From the IMG/VR virus record IMGVR_UViG_3300043772_003377, positions 1 through 64,000 of that record: DNA of 64,000 bases; one strand, written 5' to 3'. A program made the position numbers and the translations under genes. The DNA is from a virus. The notes beneath the pieces are model-generated. The model ran no database searches, was not told the DNA's origin, and worked only from the letters and a program-made list of their open reading frames with translations. Below, in pieces: positions 57,038-64,000 of this stretch (position 1 is the stretch's first letter; each line of letters begins with the position of its first letter).

Positions 57038-57840
57038 TAAACTTCACTAGGTTCGTATTTTATGGCTCTATCATTAATAAAGAAATATTCTTTTTTTGCC
57101 GAGTCAATCCAAAATTTAACCTCACTATCAGTCAAAATATTGTCACCATTTTTGTAGTTCCAGAATATAGAACCTTCTCTTAAATTAGTATGTTTGTATC
57201 CAATTCTTGGTATTGTCAAAAATTTAACAGAATTATGAGTCATTCTTAGAAAGAACTCATAACCAAATGTTAATTTAAATGAAGGTTTAAAAAGTCCAAA
57301 ATCAACGAAAGACGATTTTTTAATAACCATTCCTGATGTTTGGAAGTTTTGATAATTTTGTAATGTTTCGTTTGTTAATAAACCCATTTCAGAAGAAATG
57401 TTAAGTGCAAATGTCGCCTCATTTGTAAATCCTGCAAATGATTCTTTATTATCTGTGTCAATAACAATCGGTAAAAACGCGTCAACATCAGGGTAAGATT
57501 CTGAAAACTTTTTAACGTTTTTGAACCAAATTTTAGAATACTCATCGTCAAATTCAAATAATGATACCCATTTAGATTTGGCACTTCTAACTCCAAAGTT
57601 AACTTGTCCTGAATAATTAGGTTCTTTAGTCCATTCAATTTTTACAACATTGATATCACCAAAATCAAATTGGTTAAGATATTCGACTAGTGAAGTTTCA
57701 TTAGTGTGAACTATAATTAGTTCATTAATCCCTATAACTTGTTGTTTTAAAGATTCTATACATTTTTTAAAGTAATCTTCAAACCATACGTTTGATGAAG
57801 ATTTAATTGGTAATACTACCGATACGTCAAATTTTTCCAT
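57037..57840 (-). CDS. Glycosyltransferase family 2 (GT-A fold)
   Basis: VSVVLP, CIESL..Q, ELIIV, N.GV..AKSKWV..FEFDD. Confidence 0.8.
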   Translation of the reverse strand: MEKFDVSVVLPIKSSSNVWFEDYFKKCIESLKQQVIGINELIIVHTNETSLVEYLNQFDFGDINVVKIEWTKEPNYSGQVNFGVRSAKSKWVSLFEFDDEYSKIWFKNVKKFSESYPDVDAFLPIVIDTDNKESFAGFTNEATFALNISSEMGLLTNETLQNYQNFQTSGMVIKKSSFVDFGLFKPSFKLTFGYEFFLRMTHNSVKFLTIPRIGYKHTNLREGSIFWNYKNGDNILTDSEVKFWIDSAKKEYFFINDRAIKYEPSEV

Positions 57841-58904
57841 TATTGTTCTACTGCTTGAAGTTTATTTAATTGTTCTTCAAAAGATTCTAATCTTTTGTTA
57901 ATATATGATTCAAATAATTCTACCGATTTTGAATAAAATTCTTGTTCTGTCGGTAACTCAGATACGGTTTTTTTCATCCCTTCAAATAAACCTTCACTAA
58001 CATTATCTTCTAACCAATTCTGTAAAAATTGGGAAGTAAAATCAACCAATTGATTTTTATTATTAATCCATAATCCATTATCTTCATTCATCCAACTAGG
58101 TACTAAATTAGGTACTAATCCGATAACAGGAACTCCTGACTTCATAGATTCTAAAGGAAATGTTCCATAAGCACTTGTCTCGTCAATCCATATTGAAACA
58201 AAACAATCTTTTAAATTTTTTGCAAATTCTTTTTGAGACAACCCTCTCATATCTTTAAATGTAATCCATCTGTATTGAGGGAATTTAATATAAAAAGTCT
58301 TAATAAAGTTTGAAGTATCTCTTTGTTCTCTTGAGTGGATTGCGATAATTGGTTTTGCAGGATAATTACTTGGAACAAAATGTTCAGAAATAAAAGGTTT
58401 TAAAACATCATAAGAAACGCTTCTCATAACACTTTCAAGATATTCTTTTTGAATCTCAGAAGTTGTAATACATTTATAAAATCCGTGTTGAGTCCAAGTT
58501 TGACCTGGTTGTAATGTTTCTAACATATGGTCGTACGCTTGACACAAAATAATCTTACCACAAGGTAAATTTGCTATCTGACTCATTACAAATCCAAATA
58601 ATTCGGGGATAATAATAAAGTCTTCAGGTGCAACTTCCAAATTTTGTCCCTCAATAGCTTTATGAGGTAATTTTTCCATATATTCAGACCCTAACCACCC
58701 AGATACTCCAGTATAATCAGGTTTTTCGTGTAACATAATAACATTGTAACCCGATTTTAATAACGACATACCTAAATTGTAAATGTAACCAATTGAGGCT
58801 TTCGCATTACCTTTTGTGTCCTGAACCAAAAGATAAATTCTCGATTTTTTTTCTTTTAAATTTTTAACTGATAATTCCAGTTTTGATGTTTGTTCTTGAT
58901 TCAT
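57840..58904 (-). CDS. Glycosyltransferase, GT-B fold (GT4-like)
   Basis: IIPE and YGTFPLESM.SGVPVIG motifs. Confidence 0.75.
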   Translation of the reverse strand: MNQEQTSKLELSVKNLKEKKSRIYLLVQDTKGNAKASIGYIYNLGMSLLKSGYNVIMLHEKPDYTGVSGWLGSEYMEKLPHKAIEGQNLEVAPEDFIIIPELFGFVMSQIANLPCGKIILCQAYDHMLETLQPGQTWTQHGFYKCITTSEIQKEYLESVMRSVSYDVLKPFISEHFVPSNYPAKPIIAIHSREQRDTSNFIKTFYIKFPQYRWITFKDMRGLSQKEFAKNLKDCFVSIWIDETSAYGTFPLESMKSGVPVIGLVPNLVPSWMNEDNGLWINNKNQLVDFTSQFLQNWLEDNVSEGLFEGMKKTVSELPTEQEFYSKSVELFESYINKRLESFEEQLNKLQAVEQ

Positions 58905-58907
58905 AAT

Positions 58908-59183
58908 TTAATATTTGTTTATTAATTTTTTATTTAATAAAGAGTTAAATGATAATTTAAAAGGTATTGATAAATCGTTAGTTCCTTTTAAACCTAACGT
59001 TTCATCCACCTCAGCGTCTTCAGTTAAAACCGTATCAATTAACATTTTTACCATCTCATATTTAACCACAGATATTTGGTTTGTAGTGTCTCCCGAAAAT
59101 TCGCTTTCTATAGGGTCTACATTTATGAAATCCTCAATTTCATCTAAATCGAAATAGTAGTGGTCACCTAAAATTTTTAACAT
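58908..59183 (-). CDS. Hypothetical protein
   Basis: ORF overlapping the upstream gene. Confidence 0.7.
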   Translation of the reverse strand: MLKILGDHYYFDLDEIEDFINVDPIESEFSGDTTNQISVVKYEMVKMLIDTVLTEDAEVDETLGLKGTNDLSIPFKLSFNSLLNKKLINKY

Positions 59184-59776
59184 ATTACTTCTTTTAATTT
59201 GTTTTCAAAATCTTTAATAGTTGTAATCGTATTTTGATTTTGAATTTGTTTATTGTAGTCAGTCTCAAATTTTATAACAATTTTGTCTGACGGATAGTCT
59301 AATAATAAGGAAGGATTTGATGTAAGTAAAACATCAATTTCCTCCCACATAGAATTAATTGTGTAATTACTATAAAATTTTACCTTTTCAAATAGACAAC
59401 CGAACTTAGATAGGAAAAATAAAGTGGCCGGTTTTGATTTACCAATCTCATCTGATATAATGACAAAATCGTGATCATCTCTCATATTAAGATAAATTTG
59501 ATTTAAATCGTTAAATGATGAATATTCTGTTGATTGAGAATGTCCAAATATTTCCATCGGAAATTCTTCATAAAGAAATGAAAATAATTCTTCATCATTT
59601 CTAAAATTAAAATGTTCCTTCAAGTCTAAAGACTCAATAGGTAATTTAATTTCATATTTAAAATCTTCTTCAGACTCGATTCCTTCAGTTTTATCTATTA
59701 GGAATTTTTGATATGTCTGAGTGATTTTATCCATAGTGTTTCTTAATACACCATTAACATCAACTCCTATTCTCAT
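59177..59776 (-). CDS. HAD-superfamily, 5'(3')-nucleotidase-like protein
   Basis: N-terminal RIGVDVNGVLRN resembles HAD motif I, with the second Asp replaced by Asn. Confidence 0.6.
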   Translation of the reverse strand: MRIGVDVNGVLRNTMDKITQTYQKFLIDKTEGIESEEDFKYEIKLPIESLDLKEHFNFRNDEELFSFLYEEFPMEIFGHSQSTEYSSFNDLNQIYLNMRDDHDFVIISDEIGKSKPATLFFLSKFGCLFEKVKFYSNYTINSMWEEIDVLLTSNPSLLLDYPSDKIVIKFETDYNKQIQNQNTITTIKDFENKLKEVIC

Positions 59777-59862
59777 AAACAAATTATATTGTTTAACAAA
59801 AAAATGTAAAGTTTTTTGTTAATTTTAGAAAAAAAAGAATAATTAGGATATTTATTTAATAT

Positions 59863-60861
59863 ATGGAAGAAAATAAAAAAAAGATTTGGTCTGAAGAAGA
59901 AATTATTTTTTTAAAGAAAAATTATTCAGATATGTTTAATTACGAATTGTGTGAAGTTTTACGTAGAACTGAACAATCTATTTATTTAAAGGCCAATAAA
60001 TTAGGATTATTAAAATCAAAAATACACAAATCAAAATGTATTTCTAAGAGAAATAAAATGGTTGGTAGAGATTTGGATAATGATATGTTGTTATTAATCG
60101 CTAAAAAATATAAAACCAGATCAGAATTCCAAAAGAATGACCCCGCAGCGTACTCAACTTCAAGAAGAAAGGGTATTTTGGATGAAATTTGTTCTCATAT
60201 GATTTCTAAATCATTTAGTATTCCACAATTAATACTTAAAGATATTGTTTCTAAATTATATAAAACCGATAATGTAATTTATAACGATAAAAAAACATTA
60301 AATCCTTACGAAATCGATGTGTATTTACCTGATTATAATCTTGGGTTTGAGTATAACGGTAAAGGGTGGCACATCGATAATGTAAGAGATAAATTAAAAA
60401 ATGAATTATCTTTATTAAATAACATTTTATTAATAACTATAACCGAAAATAATAGAGATTATGAGTCGGACATTAAAAATCAATTAATTTTTAATATTGA
60501 AAATTTCAAAATAAAAACTTCTGTTAATGAAATTAATGATATTATCATAGATAATCCATATTCTAAAATATATGATATAGACGATTTAATTAGAATTACC
60601 AAATCCTACAACTCTTTTAAAGATTTTTATAAAAATGAACAATCAGTATATGTTAAAATATCAAAATTGGGTTTAATTGACGAATTAACCAAACATATGT
60701 GTTGTAGAAGGAAAAAACGAGAATTAAACGAAGTAATTGAAAAAATAAATATGTACCAATATCTTAATGAATTAATCACTAAAGATCGTGGCACTTATCT
60801 GTATGTTAAGAAAAATAAATTAGAATATTTATTGAACAACCTAAAAAGAATTAAAAATTAA
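59863..60861 (+). CDS. Putative homing endonuclease-like protein (PD-(D/E)xK/Vsr-like core with helical DNA-binding repeats)
   Basis: WSEEEI.FLK.NY, repeated KY.TRSEF.K....AY.....G.LDE...HM units, and EIDVYLP..NLGFEYNG..WH. Lies antisense within a minus-strand operon. Confidence 0.7.
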   Translation: MEENKKKIWSEEEIIFLKKNYSDMFNYELCEVLRRTEQSIYLKANKLGLLKSKIHKSKCISKRNKMVGRDLDNDMLLLIAKKYKTRSEFQKNDPAAYSTSRRKGILDEICSHMISKSFSIPQLILKDIVSKLYKTDNVIYNDKKTLNPYEIDVYLPDYNLGFEYNGKGWHIDNVRDKLKNELSLLNNILLITITENNRDYESDIKNQLIFNIENFKIKTSVNEINDIIIDNPYSKIYDIDDLIRITKSYNSFKDFYKNEQSVYVKISKLGLIDELTKHMCCRRKKRELNEVIEKINMYQYLNELITKDRGTYLYVKKNKLEYLLNNLKRIKN

Positions 60862-61586
60862 TCGTTGTAACGTTTAATTATTTCTTTAATTATTGGATTT
60901 CTAACGACATCACTATCAGTAAAAGTACTGATTCCAATACCTCTTACATTATTAAGTCGTTTTATCGCGTCATATAGACCCGATTTCTCCTTATCTTTAA
61001 ATTTGTCCGATTGTTCAATATCTCCTGATATGAAAAATTTGCTATTAAAACCAATCCTTGTTAATATCAATTTCATTTCTAACGGGGTTGTATTCTGACT
61101 TTCCTCAACCACACAAATCGCATTGTCTATGTTAAACCCTCTAAGGTATGAAATAGATAGAACCTCAATAAAACCAGCATCTTTTAATTTTTCCCTCGAT
61201 TCTTTACCTATAATTTTATTTAATAAGTAATAGGATGGTAAAATATAAGGCTCCATTTTTTCCTCGTAAGTACCGGGAAGACTTCCTAAACGGGAGTCCC
61301 CACCCTCAACAACGGGTCTAATAATTATTATCTTTTCATATGGTGTTGTTGGGTCACCTAATAAATCAATAGCCGCCTTCATAGAAATGTAACTTTTACC
61401 TGTACCCGCAGGACCTGAGCAAATGGTTATTTCATTGTCTAATAGAGTGTCATAGTATTTCTTTTGATTTTCAGTTAAAAATTTTTGTTTAGTTTTCTTT
61501 TTTACAATTTCACAAATAATTTCTTTTTTTGTTTTATAAATTTTTTGTTCATCGTTTTGAACACTTGGTTTTTTCTTTTGAGTCAT
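60858..61586 (-). CDS. phoH: PhoH-family ATPase
   Basis: T.NQ..Y, GPAGTGKS, RP.VE, LG.LPG...EK, YLRG, E.QN, LTRIG, GD..Q.D, VR.P. Confidence 0.93.
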   Translation of the reverse strand: MTQKKKPSVQNDEQKIYKTKKEIICEIVKKKTKQKFLTENQKKYYDTLLDNEITICSGPAGTGKSYISMKAAIDLLGDPTTPYEKIIIIRPVVEGGDSRLGSLPGTYEEKMEPYILPSYYLLNKIIGKESREKLKDAGFIEVLSISYLRGFNIDNAICVVEESQNTTPLEMKLILTRIGFNSKFFISGDIEQSDKFKDKEKSGLYDAIKRLNNVRGIGISTFTDSDVVRNPIIKEIIKRYND

Positions 61587-61596
61587 ATATTATTTT

Positions 61597-63105
61597 TTAC
61601 TCGAAATGAAGTTTATCTTTTAATTTTTCGATATTACTTACAACAAAAGGTAATAGATTATTTTTATAATCATAGTGTAATTTATTTATATTTTCAGAGT
61701 CCTCGTTTCTACTTACAGATTCGTAATGGTACGCAACCAAATTACCATCAGTATAATTTTCTAAACCATTTAATATACAAGACATATTAAGTTCAACATC
61801 CTCAAAACAGCTAACATATTTTTCATTAAAAAAATTACACTTTTCAAAAATATTTTTACGAATCATTAATAATCCGCCGGTATTACCTAAAACTTTTTTT
61901 ATGGATAAATCAAAATTATAGTAACAATTAAGTCCTATGTGAGAAACTCCAAATATTTTATTTTTATTTATAATTCCGTAGATTCCATTATGTTGTATGG
62001 TGTTATTTTCATAATGTAATCTACACCCAACGGTTCCAACTTTAACATTTTCCTTAAAAATTTTTAACATACCATAGATAATGTTATTCATAACTTTAAT
62101 GTCGTTATTTGAAAATAGGATAAATTCGTATTCGTTACTAATATGATTTTTAACAACATCATTATTTATTTTGGCGAAGTTATAGTAATCATATTCTATT
62201 AAATTTATGTTATCGTGTGAAGAAATAAAATTTTTAATTTTTGTTTTTTCTTCTTCACTTGACCCTGTATCGGCAATAAAAATACTGAACATATTTTTAT
62301 TACAATGTTCATAGAAAGAATTGATACAATCGAATAACATTTCAATTTTACCTTTTGTGGGTATAACAATCGCAACCTTACCTATATTTTTAATAAGTTT
62401 TTCTTTAATCTCAGGAACATAAATTTTATTAGGTTTTAAATCTAAAGGTAATACGTGTCTCCATTTTTGTAAGAATTTTTCTTTTGACTCATAGAATTCT
62501 TGATTTGGTCTCCCTACAGACTGATGAGTAATTTCAAATGAAGATGTTACACCAATTTTAACGTCATCCATATAATTTGGTATACAAAATAAATGATCGT
62601 AAAAGTGAAACTTACCAATCGATTCATCAAATTTATGTTTGATTTTAGTCTTATCAAATGAAATGAACAAACCATCAATTGTTACTACCGGTATTAAAAA
62701 AGGTAATTTTGGAGAATATTTACTTAGAAATTTTTTTTGACCTTCAGGTTGATGATAAACTTGACCGACCATAGTTTGGAACATTTTCTCCCAATAAACT
62801 CCTGATTCGGGAAAATAACAAGAACCGGCTTTCCCAATTATACCAAATTCAGAATTATTTGAAAAATCTGATAGTAGTTTTTTACCCCAACCTTTTTCAA
62901 GGTGAATGTCATTATGACAACAAACAACAATGTCGAATTTAGATTGTTCAATACCATAATTATAAACTTGAGATAATGAATGAGTGTTGTGATTAACAAA
63001 CTCAATTATTTGAACATCCTTTAAACCAACACTATCTAAGATATGTTGTTTAAATTTTTTATTGTAGTTCTCGTCTTTGTGCGTTGAATAAATTATTGTT
63101 ATCAT
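61597..63105 (-). CDS. Two-domain glycosyltransferase (GT2-like x2)
   Basis: N-terminal YN.G......VVCCHND...FDE....FHFYD; C-terminal IVIP, DTGS, NFAKINN, F.NND, EDVEL, HYES.SR. Confidence 0.85.
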   Translation of the reverse strand: MITIIYSTHKDENYNKKFKQHILDSVGLKDVQIIEFVNHNTHSLSQVYNYGIEQSKFDIVVCCHNDIHLEKGWGKKLLSDFSNNSEFGIIGKAGSCYFPESGVYWEKMFQTMVGQVYHQPEGQKKFLSKYSPKLPFLIPVVTIDGLFISFDKTKIKHKFDESIGKFHFYDHLFCIPNYMDDVKIGVTSSFEITHQSVGRPNQEFYESKEKFLQKWRHVLPLDLKPNKIYVPEIKEKLIKNIGKVAIVIPTKGKIEMLFDCINSFYEHCNKNMFSIFIADTGSSEEEKTKIKNFISSHDNINLIEYDYYNFAKINNDVVKNHISNEYEFILFSNNDIKVMNNIIYGMLKIFKENVKVGTVGCRLHYENNTIQHNGIYGIINKNKIFGVSHIGLNCYYNFDLSIKKVLGNTGGLLMIRKNIFEKCNFFNEKYVSCFEDVELNMSCILNGLENYTDGNLVAYHYESVSRNEDSENINKLHYDYKNNLLPFVVSNIEKLKDKLHFE

Positions 63106-63135
63106 ATTTGTTTATTTTAATAAAAATACCTGTAA

Positions 63136-63696
63136 CTATAGTTTTTCAAAAACCATTATAGTGTTTCTAAAATAAGAACATTTATCTTCAGGAACTAGTC
63201 TTGCATCTTCGCTCAACCCCTTTAAATACCTAAAACCTAAATCTTCAATTAATGGAAGTATCTCATCATTATTAAGTTCATTAAAATGCCCATACCCCCC
63301 TTGACCTCTAACCGCCCAAGATAGGATTAAATACTTATCGCAATTATTTTTTAGATTATTCAGTAATATTTGTTGATATTCTTTAGGTATATGTTCACCC
63401 ACTTCTAAACAAATAACAATTCCTTTTTTATCCAATACAATTGGTTGGGCTAAATTTAATTTTAAAATGTTAAACTCGTAATCAGTTTTCATAGGGTCAG
63501 CTTCAACACCTGTAATATTTTTAAACCCCCTATTATGTAAATCATTTAGATAATAACCTAAACCACATCCAAAATCATAAATTTGATGTTCTTTATAATC
63601 ATTTAAAAAATTAGAAATCCAATTACTTAGATTCTCACTATGTATATGATGTGAAACCGAATTTTCTTTTAACCAATAACCTGTGTTGTGTATCAT
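63136..63696 (-). CDS. Class I SAM-dependent methyltransferase
   Basis: DFGCGLG, CLEVGEHIP, WA..GQGG.GH.N. Confidence 0.85.
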   Translation of the reverse strand: MIHNTGYWLKENSVSHHIHSENLSNWISNFLNDYKEHQIYDFGCGLGYYLNDLHNRGFKNITGVEADPMKTDYEFNILKLNLAQPIVLDKKGIVICLEVGEHIPKEYQQILLNNLKNNCDKYLILSWAVRGQGGYGHFNELNNDEILPLIEDLGFRYLKGLSEDARLVPEDKCSYFRNTIMVFEKL

Positions 63697-63720
63697 ATTT
63701 TATTTTATTTTATTTTATTG

Positions 63721-63999
63721 TTATATTAAAAAATTATTAGTTCGTCTATATCCAATGTGGTAGCAAGATGTATTTTCTAACGTTGCGGATAAGTAATTAA
63801 ATTGTTTTGTATGTACAGAACAATAATATTCGTCCCCGAAAGCTGAAATTCCATGTGGAAACATTTTATTATAATCAGATTTTCTTCGTAATCCTGGATT
63901 CCAAGAATATCCATTCCATATTTGAGTTGTTGATACGACATAACTTTGTGTTAATAACCTATATGGGACTAATTTGGTGGTTAGAAGTTTTTCTGAACT
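63721..63999 (-). CDS. C-terminal part of a probable glycosyltransferase (gene starts beyond the window)
   Basis: Open frame ...WNGYSWNPGLRRKSDY...CYHIGY.. ending in TAA at 63721-63723; absent from the ORF track. Confidence 0.6.
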   Translation of the reverse strand, partial: SSEKLLTTKLVPYRLLTQSYVVSTTQIWNGYSWNPGLRRKSDYNKMFPHGISAFGDEYYCSVHTKQFNYLSATLENTSCYHIGYRRTNNFLI

Positions 64000-64000
64000 A

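Noticed and set aside
6826-61790. Short ORFs antisense to or nested in long genes (e.g. 6826-7155, 17894-18499, 29640-30107, 39665-40033, 61485-61790)
   Set aside because: Shadow frames of biased or repetitive coding sequence, with no motifs or expression signals.
1-64000. Stop-codon reassignment, as in some jumbo phages
   Set aside because: Core genes are full length in the standard code, coding density is high, and TAG and TGA both end genes.

Overview
AT-rich, densely coding segment of a T4-like jumbo bacteriophage, read in the standard genetic code. The likely host is Bacteroidota, based on TAnnTTTG promoters, a Bacteroidota-type bS21 and tmRNA resume codon, and a DUF4494-like gene. Layout from left to right: (1) an RNA and translation-rescue island with a possible GOLLD-like 3' end, tRNA-Met(CAT), a ~400-nt nested structured RNA candidate, smpB, an HNH gene and tmRNA; (2) a proteolysis module with an M20/M28 peptidase, a ClpC lacking its N-domain and a divergent double-UVR protein; (3) a KTSC protein and a nucleotidyltransferase-M23-PG-binding-GH19 fusion; (4) the head module: terminase, fibre-like genes, portal, antisense rpsU, prohead protease, an IceA/NlaIII-like nuclease plus methyltransferase, scaffold and major capsid protein; (5) putative head-packaged and envelope-targeting proteins sharing N-terminal [ILV]xE leaders; (6) a second, paralogous fibre cassette, a gp5-like spike and a gp55-like sigma factor; (7) a glycosyltransferase/PhoH cluster. 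The most promising leads are two self-contained structured ncRNA candidates (117-518 and 37458-37651), a possible phage tag-and-degrade circuit with a non-canonical 21-aa tmRNA tag, leaderless host-sigma promoters alongside a TATTTATA late motif, and a window-wide capsid-targeting/processing leader code. All assignments come from motif recognition by eye; no searches were run.
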